Positions 1-7,506 of a DNA stretch of 41,762 nt are shown piece after piece; the stretch's first letter is position 1, and every line of letters begins with the position of its first letter. Source of the stretch: Chthoniobacterales bacterium (GTDB lineage: Bacteria; Verrucomicrobiota; Verrucomicrobiia; Chthoniobacterales; UBA6821); contig JBIRBD010000001.1 of NCBI GenBank assembly GCA_044326465.1, forward strand, positions 1 through 41,762. Reading direction: 5' to 3'. A program made the position numbers and the translations under genes. The notes below the pieces were generated by a model, which saw only the letters and a program-made list of their open reading frames with translations, was not told the DNA's origin and made no database searches.

Positions 1-28
1 CCACCTGTACCCCTTGCCGTCACTTAAT
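1..28 (-). repeat. Family C repeat, partial copy cut by the window edge
   Basis: ccacctgtaccccttgccgtcacttaat is repeated 28/28 at 220..247. Its reverse complement (ttaagtgacggcaagggg...) is the conserved core also seen at 20918..20935 and 41487..41504. Confidence 0.7.
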
Positions 29-115
29 CACGTATTTTCAAAAACTTGGTAGTTGATCTTGCTGGTCTCAGTTCCTGACAAATCTATTTTTATTCGCTCT
101 TACTTTTCCGCTCAC

Positions 116-279
116 GTGAACGAACAATGGCGTCAACTTAAGACAATTAAGACAAAACTCGTCGAATAAAATTTGCTCTTTTTTCCGTAGGCCTTACTTA
201 CCTGTCATCTGAACCCCTGCCACCTGTACCCCTTGCCGTCACTTAATTCGTTAAATTTTAACGGCATTGCGTGAACGAA
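116..279 (-). repeat. Family C palindromic element, full copy (C1)
   Basis: Read on the minus strand it runs ttcgttcac-gc-aatgccgtt..ttaagtgacggcaagggg, then a GG-rich heptamer run (ggtacag gtggcag gggttca gatgaca ggtaagt), aaaaaaga, an AT-rich stretch, and cttaagttgacgccattgttcgttcac. The architecture matches 41466..41595, and the ends are inverted repeats of each other. Confidence 0.6.
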
Positions 280-295
280 TACGACCCAAAAGGTG

Positions 296-943
296 CTAAG
301 AGGCGATTTTTACTCCCTGTGCGGCGTTCCAGATTTTCATCTGCTCAGGTGTTAGAACTTCGAGCATTTTTTTCGCATGTTTTTGACGATTTTTATGCAG
401 AGCCATTACTTGTTGATGGTAATTTAATTTCCCTTGATCTGCGCAAAAATTAATTGTTGCTGCTTTTGCTTGGGCATCTTTTTGAATTACAGCGATTTGA
501 TTTTTTTGTTGATCGCTCAGACCTAAAAATTCTTGCTCTGATGGAGAGGTGAGTAAAGTACCACCGAGCATTTGTCGTTCAATTTCGCGGAGACGACGAC
601 ATTGAGTTGCATTGAGAATGGCAAGTACGCGATGATTAAAAGTAGTAGAGAGGTTATCCAAATCTACTTGAGCCTGAGCCACCTCTGATGAGGTTTTATA
701 TTTTACCTGAGTTATTTTAAGAGCTGCTGCACGATAGTCACTGCGCAATCCTGCAACAACGCTCCTCTGAAGCGATGTCAGGTGAAGATCACTACTGATA
801 CGCTCAAGGCTAGCAAGTACCGGTAGTGAACCAGGATTTTCTTTAGCTGGCGGATGAGGAGAACAGGAGGTTGAGGTCGCAGAGAGGGGTGCAACGATAG
901 CTAAAAAAATTATTAATAAGCCAATAGCGTGATTTTTTTTCAT
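296..943 (-). CDS. Periplasmic Spy/CpxP-family (LTXXQ-motif) protein
   Basis: There is a signal peptide (MKKNHAIGLLIIFLAIVAPLSA) and four LTXXQ-like motifs (LTSLQ, LNATQ, LSDQQ, LTPEQ) in a helical Q/K-rich protein. I moved the start from the track value 1033 to the ATG at 941..943 that begins the signal peptide. Confidence 0.6.
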   Translation of the reverse strand: MKKNHAIGLLIIFLAIVAPLSATSTSCSPHPPAKENPGSLPVLASLERISSDLHLTSLQRSVVAGLRSDYRAAALKITQVKYKTSSEVAQAQVDLDNLSTTFNHRVLAILNATQCRRLREIERQMLGGTLLTSPSEQEFLGLSDQQKNQIAVIQKDAQAKAATINFCADQGKLNYHQQVMALHKNRQKHAKKMLEVLTPEQMKIWNAAQGVKIAS

Positions 944-1053
944 TATGAAGAGAGTTTGGCTGAAAAATTGAAAAAGCAAAAGACCTAATAGCCACAAAGA
1001 ACAGAGAAAAACACAAAAATGTTCTTTCTCCACTTTCTATCTGTTCTTGGTGT

Positions 1054-2628
1054 CTATAACCTCGTTTCAACAGAATCAATTACTCCATCACGAAATTCCG
1101 TCCGCAGCAAAGATCCTTTAGATACTTGTTTTGCTGAAGTTAAAACAGCGCCGGCTCCGTTTCTTGTAATGGTAAAACCCCGCGCCAAGGTTGCTTGAGG
1201 GCTCAGAGCAGCGAGCGAAGAACGAAGACGTTCTAGCGTGGCCATCAAAAGATCTTTTCGATGCAATAACTGGCGATCGAGCTGATATCGTAGTGCGGTT
1301 TGTCGCTCACGCGCTTGAAAAAGAAGATGTTTCGGATGACTTCCTCTTAATGAAGACGTTGCCATCATGATGGAGGTATGAAATTTTTCACACCGTCGCC
1401 GAACGTGTATGACAAGGACCTCTTCTAGCCGATCTATACTTTGCCACATTTGTGAAAAAAGACGTTCCGGCTCACGAAAGAGAACAGATTTTTTTAAATA
1501 ATCGAGTCTCTTCATGGCCAAGGTATGGCGTGCCATCAGCTCGCGAGTAATTTTCATCACCAAGGAAAAAATTTTCTCTTGTAGTGCGACTGCATCAGCA
1601 GCCAACAACTCTGCAGCAGCACTTGGCGTTGGCACGCGCACATCAGCCGCAAAATCGCAAATTGTAAAATCAATTTCGTGACCGACAGCACTCACGACCG
1701 GAATGCTACTGGCCACAATCGCTCTGGCAAGAACCTCTTCATTAAATTCCCAAAGATCTTCTAAACTCCCCCCCCCTCGCGTAACCACGATAACATCAAC
1801 AGAGCCGATAGGACTTTCTGCGTCAGAAAATTCGCTAATAGCTCTTGCTATCTCTTGCGCTGCCCCACGCCCTTGCACGCGCACCGGATTGATCACGACA
1901 CGTAAGCCTGGATGACGGCGATGCAACACGTTGAGAAAATCAGCCAACGCTGCACCTGTTGACGATGTTACAACACCAATGCGCTGCGGAAAACGAGGTA
2001 GTGAACGCTTTCGAGCCTGATCAAATAAGCCTTCTGAAGAGAGCCTTTGTTTTAGTGCTTCAAATTTTGCTTGCAACATCCCTTGCCCCTTGGCTTGGAC
2101 TAAACGCACGATCACTTGATATTGTCCACGCGGTTGATAAACGGTCACCGATCCGCAGAGCTCTACAGAAAGACCATCCGCAAGACACTCCTGCACTGTA
2201 TTGCCTTGCCTTTCTTTATAAAATTCAGATCCTTCGGGCTCTGAAGAAGGTGGACTTTTTGTGGTGTCCAGATTTCTAAATGAGCAACCTGCAAGCGCCA
2301 TCGCTGCGCTGCGAGCAAAAAGAACACAGGCAATTTGTGACTCTGCATCCTTGAGGGTGAAATAATGATGGCCGGAAGATTGACGCCGATAATTAGAAAT
2401 TTCTCCTTCAATCCAAACTTCACCAATTCCCTTTTCTAGTAACAAGGTTACACGTCGCGTGACTTCACTTACACTGAGTACTTGCCGAGAGGGGGTGATT
2501 TCAAGAGCCTCTGGAAGTGATTCACTTTTTTTCGGAATCTTATGCGTCCGTGTTCTCTTTTTTTCAAAAGGTAAAGCAGCCGGTTTCAATGGCCCCATGT
2601 CAAAACTAAGTTGGTGATGAGAATCCAT
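1054..2628 (-). CDS. xseA: Exodeoxyribonuclease VII large subunit
   Basis: It has the OB-fold N-terminus (VWIEGEISNYRRQSSGHHYFTLKD), the catalytic core (GVVTSSTGAALADF, VIVVTRGGGSLEDLWEFNEE, PVVSAVGHEIDFTICDFAADVRVPTPSAAAE) and a long coiled-coil C-terminus. A GAGAGG SD-like sequence lies 4 nt upstream. Confidence 0.92.
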   Translation of the reverse strand: MDSHHQLSFDMGPLKPAALPFEKKRTRTHKIPKKSESLPEALEITPSRQVLSVSEVTRRVTLLLEKGIGEVWIEGEISNYRRQSSGHHYFTLKDAESQIACVLFARSAAMALAGCSFRNLDTTKSPPSSEPEGSEFYKERQGNTVQECLADGLSVELCGSVTVYQPRGQYQVIVRLVQAKGQGMLQAKFEALKQRLSSEGLFDQARKRSLPRFPQRIGVVTSSTGAALADFLNVLHRRHPGLRVVINPVRVQGRGAAQEIARAISEFSDAESPIGSVDVIVVTRGGGSLEDLWEFNEEVLARAIVASSIPVVSAVGHEIDFTICDFAADVRVPTPSAAAELLAADAVALQEKIFSLVMKITRELMARHTLAMKRLDYLKKSVLFREPERLFSQMWQSIDRLEEVLVIHVRRRCEKFHTSIMMATSSLRGSHPKHLLFQARERQTALRYQLDRQLLHRKDLLMATLERLRSSLAALSPQATLARGFTITRNGAGAVLTSAKQVSKGSLLRTEFRDGVIDSVETRL

Positions 2629-2643
2629 GAACCTCTCAACTTT

Positions 2644-3849
2644 CTAGACTGTTTCCGCAATTGCTTTTACGACGGAAGCTATTTCATCTTGGCGCAACTC
2701 AGGAAAAATTGGCAATGCGAGTGTTTCTTCTGCGGCGTACTCGGATTCGGGAAAGTCTCCTTTTTTATAACCTAAGTAAGCAAAACATTCCTGTAGGTGT
2801 AGTGGCACTGGATAATAAATCGCATGGCCAATTTTTTTGTTTTTTAGATGGCTGATAATTTTTTCACGTGCCCCACTAGCAGAACTACCAATAACTCTAA
2901 TCACATATTGATGGTAAATGTGATGGTCACGCAACGCTGATGCTGCAAATGGCTCCTCAGGCAAGGTTATGCGATCGAGTAACCCAGCCGCAGTGAAGGC
3001 TGCTTTATAAACTGCAGCATTCGCACGACGTTTTGCATTCCATTCATTAATAAAGGGCAGCTTCGCATGCAAGATGGCAGCTTGTAAGGCATCCATACGA
3101 AAATTTCCACCGACCATTTTATGATAATAACGCTCTTCCATGCCATGATTGCGCAGACAACGAATCCGTTCTGCAATACCTGCATCGCGACAAACAGCAA
3201 GCCCAGCATCACCAGCGGCACCCAGATTTTTACTTGGATAAAAACTAAAATAAGAGGCATCTGCAATCGTTCCAGCTTTAATGCTTTTTCCATGACTTGG
3301 AAAGTCGGTGCCAATGACCTGCGCCGCATCTTCAATTACGAGCAAGCCATACTCCTTGGCAAGCGCGTTGATAGCGTCCATAGCGCAACAAGTTCCAAAG
3401 AGATGAATTGGTATGATCATCTTTACCTTATTTCCAGAGGCTGTGCGCAAGGTGCCATCGGTATCACGCAGAAAAGAAGCAAAAAGAGTTTTTAATTTTT
3501 CTGGATCCATCATGTAAGTCGCTGGATCAATATCACAAAAAACAATTTCTGCGCCAACGCGATGGACGCATCCTGCCGTTGCAAAAAAAGTATAAGGCGT
3601 TGTAATTACAGCATCACCAACACCAATCTCATAGGCCATTAGTAAAGTTAAAAGGCCATCGGTGCCAGAGGAGACAGCGATAACATCAGCACTATTTCCA
3701 AGAAAAGATTTTAGCGCTTGCTCTAAGGCAGTGACCTCCGGACCAAGAATAAATTGCTGATGAGTGAGCACACGCTCTACAGCTTTCTTTATTACGTCAT
3801 CAATAACAGGACCCTGGCGAGAGAGATCAAAAAGGGGGATGGGTTGCAT
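2644..3849 (-). CDS. DegT/DnrJ/EryC1/StrS-family PLP-dependent sugar aminotransferase
   Basis: The family signature is present throughout (LGPEVTALEQAL, SSGTDGL, HLFG, and FYPSKNLGAAGDAG with the PLP lysine). It is a full-length 401-aa ORF. Confidence 0.9.
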   Translation of the reverse strand: MQPIPLFDLSRQGPVIDDVIKKAVERVLTHQQFILGPEVTALEQALKSFLGNSADVIAVSSGTDGLLTLLMAYEIGVGDAVITTPYTFFATAGCVHRVGAEIVFCDIDPATYMMDPEKLKTLFASFLRDTDGTLRTASGNKVKMIIPIHLFGTCCAMDAINALAKEYGLLVIEDAAQVIGTDFPSHGKSIKAGTIADASYFSFYPSKNLGAAGDAGLAVCRDAGIAERIRCLRNHGMEERYYHKMVGGNFRMDALQAAILHAKLPFINEWNAKRRANAAVYKAAFTAAGLLDRITLPEEPFAASALRDHHIYHQYVIRVIGSSASGAREKIISHLKNKKIGHAIYYPVPLHLQECFAYLGYKKGDFPESEYAAEETLALPIFPELRQDEIASVVKAIAETV

Positions 3850-3885
3850 AAGAAATATTCTTTTAAAATTTGACCTTCATTGGAC

Positions 3886-4102
3886 GTAATTGCTCATCTC
3901 CTTCTGATCAAGAAGAGGAGCAAAAAGTTGTCGGTTGTTAGTTGTTTTTATTCGAAAAATTTATTTTTTAAGAGTCGCATTTTATTAGCCTCTTAGGGCG
4001 ATACTTTTTTTTAGCAGCTAAGAAAAAGTTATTTCTTTACTATCAAGCGAGAACCAATAACCAACAAGCATTGCTTATTTTCAGAAGGAGATGAGCAATT
4101 AC
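3886..4102. mobile_element. MITE family B, copy B1 (217 bp)
   Basis: It has perfect 21-bp terminal inverted repeats, gtaattgctcatctccttctg (3886..3906) and cagaaggagatgagcaattac (4082..4102). It is flanked by the 8-bp direct repeats cattggac (3878..3885) and cgttggac (4103..4110), matching 7/8. It aligns along its whole length to 18880..19091, and there is no ORF. Confidence 0.85.
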
Positions 4103-4153
4103 CGTTGGACAAGCTTTATATACCATTCGTGCGTGCGCCAGCCGCTATGGTTT

Positions 4154-4654
4154 TTATTTTACAATACCAAACTCAGCACGACGATTCTTAGCCCAAGCCG
4201 CATCGTTCTCGGCTGGATCAGCTGGCATTTCTTTGCCAAAACTCACCGTCTGAATTTTATTAGCAGACAAACCTTGTGCAATTAAGGCTTCGCGGACCGC
4301 TAAGGCACGTCTTTCTCCAAGGCTACGGTTGTACTCTTCGGTGCCGCGATCATCGGTGAAGCCTGCTACAATCACGGTTTTGCCAGAGCTTCGAACTCCT
4401 TGCACGACGCTTAGAATTTTGCTGGCTTGATTGGCGCCAACACTGGTGCTATCAAACGCAAAATAAACAGGTGAATATTCTCCACGCTCAACATTAGAAC
4501 CCATGAAGTTTGCGCTTTCCGACCGATCACTCAAGGGCGTTCCACTGACGTAGTCACCATCGACGCCAGCATACTGTTTATTTTTTTTATTCGCACATGC
4601 TGAGATCATCGTTGTCAGAAGGAGGAGAAGAACGAGAGAAAATTTATTTTTCAT
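4154..4654 (-). CDS. pal: Peptidoglycan-associated lipoprotein (OmpA-family)
   Basis: It has a lipoprotein signal with a lipobox (LLLLLTTMISAC) and a C-terminal OmpA-like domain (VAGFTDDRGTEEYNRSLGERRALAVREAL ... NRRAEF). tolB lies immediately upstream on the same strand. Confidence 0.88.
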   Translation of the reverse strand: MKNKFSLVLLLLLTTMISACANKKNKQYAGVDGDYVSGTPLSDRSESANFMGSNVERGEYSPVYFAFDSTSVGANQASKILSVVQGVRSSGKTVIVAGFTDDRGTEEYNRSLGERRALAVREALIAQGLSANKIQTVSFGKEMPADPAENDAAWAKNRRAEFGIVK

Positions 4655-4680
4655 AAAAGTGCATCACTGCTTGCTACAGA

Positions 4681-4711
4681 GAGGGGTTAAAGTTGAGCTG
4701 ATTTTAGTCGC
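4681..4711 (+). repeat. Module D, degenerate copy (D3)
   Basis: gaggggttaaagttgagctgattttagtcgc resembles ttgaggggttgag-tcgcgactaaagtcgc, the reverse complement of 17250..17296, and 23316..23345. It lies 26 nt upstream of the pal start, C-rich in pal sense. Confidence 0.45.
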
Positions 4712-4786
4712 ACAATGTTACATAAAATCTTGAAGTTTTATAGTTCTATTTTTAGCAGCAAAGTAACTTTGATCATTCAACTTGAC

Positions 4787-4957
4787 TTAAACCTAAAAAC
4801 GTGAATCAAAATAAAAATTTTGACGCAATATAGTCGGCCTGAAGCGGTTCGTTCTAAAGCCTCACTAACCATGCAGGTTAGCCACGGCTTCATAACAACC
4901 AGCTTCCAATCCAACTCCTTACGCCAACGTTCTCATTTTCATTCACGTTTTTAGTAA
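4787..4957 (+). repeat. Family A palindromic element, divergent subfamily copy (A4, 171 bp)
   Basis: Its termini, ttaaacctaaaaacgtgaat ... attcacgtttttagtaa, include a 14-bp perfect inverted repeat and are the same as those of A1-A3. It has the same length, a shared gacgcaatat block and an equivalent apical hairpin (ctaacc-atgc-aggttag). Confidence 0.7.
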
Positions 4958-4962
4958 CCACT

Positions 4963-6114
4963 CTAGCGAGACCAGGTAGGCTCTGTGACTTGACTCAGAC
5001 CACTAATGACAGAAATTGATTTTCCATTTTGCGTGTCAAACAGGATGAGGCTCTCTTTGGTACTAAAAATCAAATGCCGCGAGTCAGGACCCCAGACAGG
5101 ATTTTCACCTTGAGCCACAATGTGAGCGGAGCCACTTCCTAAATCAAGTACAGCTACCGAAAAAGCACCTGCTGAGCGGACATTGAAGGCGACACGTTTT
5201 CCATCAGGTGACCAATTAGGTTCTGTAGCATAACTAAATCCTGTTGAAAGGAGTCTGGCTGAGCCACCGGAAGAACTAACGCGATAAAGTTGAGGAGAGC
5301 CATTTTCGTCCGATGAATAAATTATTTCGTCTCCATTGGGTGACCACGTGCCGCATGATGCCGCACCACGTGTGCGCGTGACGCCTTGTACGCCACCACT
5401 CATGCTGACAACATAGAGCTCCGGACGCCCATCTTTACTCATAGTGCAGACTAAGCGCGTGCCATCAGGAGAAAAACGAGGTCCAGAATTAGTCCCTGGA
5501 TATTTTATCAAATGCAAACGCGATCCTGTGGCAATATCGATGAGATAAATATCGGCATAGCCACTTTGATAACCTGTGTAAGCTATTTTTCGGGCATCAG
5601 TGCTAAGTGACGGGGAAACGCTAATGGCATTGTCATGGGTAATTTGACGGCCATTGGATCCATCATAGTCGGCAGTATAAATCTCTTTGCGTCCGCTGCG
5701 TGTGCTGACAAAACCAATCTTGCTCATGGCAATGCCAGGTTTACCGGTTAATGTTTCTACAATGTCGTTACAAAAATGATGTGCCATGCTGCGCGCATCG
5801 CCGGAATAATTTTTTGTAAGTACTATCGAACCTGCGCGATCCACTACTTTGCCCTGTAACATTCCACCGGCGACGACCCCACTAATCACAAACGATGCCT
5901 TGTCGGCAGCCTGTAACGAAAACCAACCTGCCAGTGTAAGATCATTGGAGAGAATTTTGGAAACCGCTGAGCCATCACTGCCGCTAACACCACTCAATGT
6001 TACGTTGAGGGCATCGCTCTTGCGAACCGTGATAGTGGGGGCCTCCGAAGCTTGTAGAAAAACAGAAGGAACAATAAACGCGAAAGCAACAACAAAAAGA
6101 AAGAAATATTTCAT
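4963..6114 (-). CDS. tolB: Tol-Pal system beta-propeller protein TolB
   Basis: It has a signal peptide (MKYFFLFVVAFAFIVPSVFLQASEA), an N-terminal TolB domain and repeated SPDG/WSPDG propeller blades. The track start at 6129 is a TTG 5 codons upstream, and I prefer the ATG at 6112..6114. Confidence 0.88.
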   Translation of the reverse strand: MKYFFLFVVAFAFIVPSVFLQASEAPTITVRKSDALNVTLSGVSGSDGSAVSKILSNDLTLAGWFSLQAADKASFVISGVVAGGMLQGKVVDRAGSIVLTKNYSGDARSMAHHFCNDIVETLTGKPGIAMSKIGFVSTRSGRKEIYTADYDGSNGRQITHDNAISVSPSLSTDARKIAYTGYQSGYADIYLIDIATGSRLHLIKYPGTNSGPRFSPDGTRLVCTMSKDGRPELYVVSMSGGVQGVTRTRGAASCGTWSPNGDEIIYSSDENGSPQLYRVSSSGGSARLLSTGFSYATEPNWSPDGKRVAFNVRSAGAFSVAVLDLGSGSAHIVAQGENPVWGPDSRHLIFSTKESLILFDTQNGKSISVISGLSQVTEPTWSR

Positions 6115-6211
6115 TGCACTATGTTGCAATCAAAGCAGTGACTCTGGCAACCATGATTTATAGATCTGCTGCTCGAGAATAAACAAATTAACGCGATAAG
6201 TAATGACGTTC

Positions 6212-6239
6212 TTGCAGAAAAAAAAAAATCTGCCACAAT
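6212..6239 (+). promoter_or_regulatory. Candidate sigma-70-type promoter for tRNA-Thr
   Basis: TTGCAG (6212..6217), a 16-nt spacer and CACAAT (6234..6239), ending 12 nt before the mature tRNA 5' end. This rests on a pattern match only. Confidence 0.3.
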
Positions 6240-6251
6240 CGCAGTCTTGAA

Positions 6252-6327
6252 GCCGGCATAGCTCAGTTGGTAGAGCAGCTGATTTGTAATCAGCCGGTCG
6301 TCGGTTCGAGTCCGACTGCCGGCTCCA
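6252..6327 (+). tRNA. tRNA-Thr (anticodon TGT), CCA encoded
   Basis: I folded the cloverleaf by hand. The acceptor stem is gccggca/tgccggc, the D arm gctc-agttggta-gagc, the anticodon arm gctga-tTTGTAa-tcagc, the variable loop cggtc, and the T arm gtcgg-ttcgagt-ccgac. The discriminator is t and the 3' cca sits at 6325..6327. Confidence 0.93.
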
Positions 6328-6363
6328 TATTTTAATTAACCCGCAAAAGGGCTTGATAAAAAG

Positions 6364-6431
6364 GGGGCAGGCTACAAAAAATCACAAAAGCTGTTGATTT
6401 TGAAAAACTTTCGTTTTTTGTAGCCTGCCCC
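6364..6431. terminator. Long inverted repeat, probable bidirectional terminator (tRNA-Thr / lgt)
   Basis: It has 18-bp perfect arms, ggggcaggctacaaaaaa (6364..6381) and ttttttgtagcctgcccc (6414..6431). T-runs follow the stem on both strands, and it sits between a convergent tRNA and lgt. Confidence 0.55.
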
Positions 6432-6462
6432 TTATTTTCGCATAGGCGCTTAAGGTAGAGTT

Positions 6463-7422
6463 TTAAGAAAAACAGGCTTTGCGTTCAGCAAAGCTCCTCG
6501 GATACCGCGGACGAAGTAGCGCCGCGATGATGAATCCCATTCCGATTAAAATTAAAAAGAGTGAGAGAAATTGTCCTCGCGTGAGCATGCCTGTGAGTGG
6601 TGCATCAGGCTCGCGAAAAAATTCTCCTACGATACGAAGTAAAGCATAGGCAATAAAAAAAATGCCTGTGATAATACCATTTGGTAAGCGGCACCGCGTG
6701 CGCAACAACCAGAGTAGTGAAAAGAGAAGCACTCCTTCGAGCGCCGCTTCCAAGAGCTGAGAAGGATAACGTGGTGTTAAAATTGTTGCCAAATAATCGT
6801 GTAACGCGGGAGAAGAGCTGACTCCTTCGATTACGGCATCAACGTTGGAAAATTTCGGATCAATGGCGGCTGTATCTTCCAGCATGCGCAGCGTAAATCC
6901 TGGTGGAAAAAAAACAATCTCTTTAGGAAATTGTATGGCCCACCAAACCGTTGTGGCTCGGCCAAAAAGCTCCCCATTGATAAAATTGGCACAGCGACCT
7001 AGAAAGAGCCCAATCGGAGCAACAACAACGAGGTTATCTCCGAGGTTAAGCCATGAGACATGATGTCGCCACGAATACCAAAGCGTGTAAAGAGCCAGAC
7101 CAATGATGCCACCATGGCTTGCCATGCCACCTTCCCAGACACGGAAAATCAGGAAGGGATTTTGTAAAAATCCATCGAGATCATAAAGCAGCATATAGCC
7201 AAGCCTGCCTCCAAGCACCACGCCAAAGAGAGCTCCCCATGTTATAAAATCAGCGACTTGGTCTGGCGCAAGGTCTGAATAACCACGTTGTGCTAGCTTG
7301 CGATAAAGCAGCGTCCCCACAAGAAACCCTAAAATATAAGCAAGCCCATACCAGCGAATGCCAAAACCATCCCCAAAGCGGATTAGGAACGGACTGAGAT
7401 TGTGAACGTAAAAGGCGAGCAT
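6463..7422 (-). CDS. lgt: Prolipoprotein diacylglyceryl transferase
   Basis: It shows Lgt signatures (GIRWYGLAYILGF, ASHGGIIG, GRCANFINGELFGR) in a polytopic membrane protein. Confidence 0.92.
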   Translation of the reverse strand: MLAFYVHNLSPFLIRFGDGFGIRWYGLAYILGFLVGTLLYRKLAQRGYSDLAPDQVADFITWGALFGVVLGGRLGYMLLYDLDGFLQNPFLIFRVWEGGMASHGGIIGLALYTLWYSWRHHVSWLNLGDNLVVVAPIGLFLGRCANFINGELFGRATTVWWAIQFPKEIVFFPPGFTLRMLEDTAAIDPKFSNVDAVIEGVSSSPALHDYLATILTPRYPSQLLEAALEGVLLFSLLWLLRTRCRLPNGIITGIFFIAYALLRIVGEFFREPDAPLTGMLTRGQFLSLFLILIGMGFIIAALLRPRYPRSFAERKACFS

Positions 7423-7438
7423 AGATGGAAGGTTCTCT

Positions 7439-7473
7439 GTTGTTAGTTGTTGGTTGGTTTTGTTCGAAAATTT
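7439..7473 (+). repeat. Unpaired G/T-rich heptamer array, MITE-B subterminal-like fragment
   Basis: gttgtta gttgttg gttggtt ttgttcgaaaattt matches the B1 interior at 3934..3962 (gttgttagttgtttttattcgaaaaattt). It lies 16 nt from the lgt start codon, where it is C/A-rich in lgt sense, and no TIR is present. Confidence 0.55.
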
Positions 7474-7506
7474 GGGTATAAATTACAGTCTGTATTTTCT
7501 TATTTT

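Noticed and set aside
271-453. 60-aa + strand ORF starting at GTG inside the family C repeat
   Set aside because: It starts within repeat DNA, runs antisense into the Spy/CpxP-like gene, and has no recognisable domain or leader. It is most likely a chance ORF.
4091-4285. 64-aa + strand ORF beginning at the aaggagATGagc of the MITE-B terminal repeat
   Set aside because: The SD-ATG comes from the TIR itself, and the same sequence occurs at every TIR. The ORF runs antisense through the pal 3' end.
7447-7506. N-terminal extensions offered by the ORF track: exbB 7447, gltB 28850, aspS 20908, tilS 14673, EamA 34673, zinc-ribbon 9535, Spy-like 1033, tolB 6129
   Set aside because: The extensions begin at TTG/GTG codons inside repeats or inside the preceding gene. 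The conserved N-termini or signal peptides start at the downstream codons used in the feature list.
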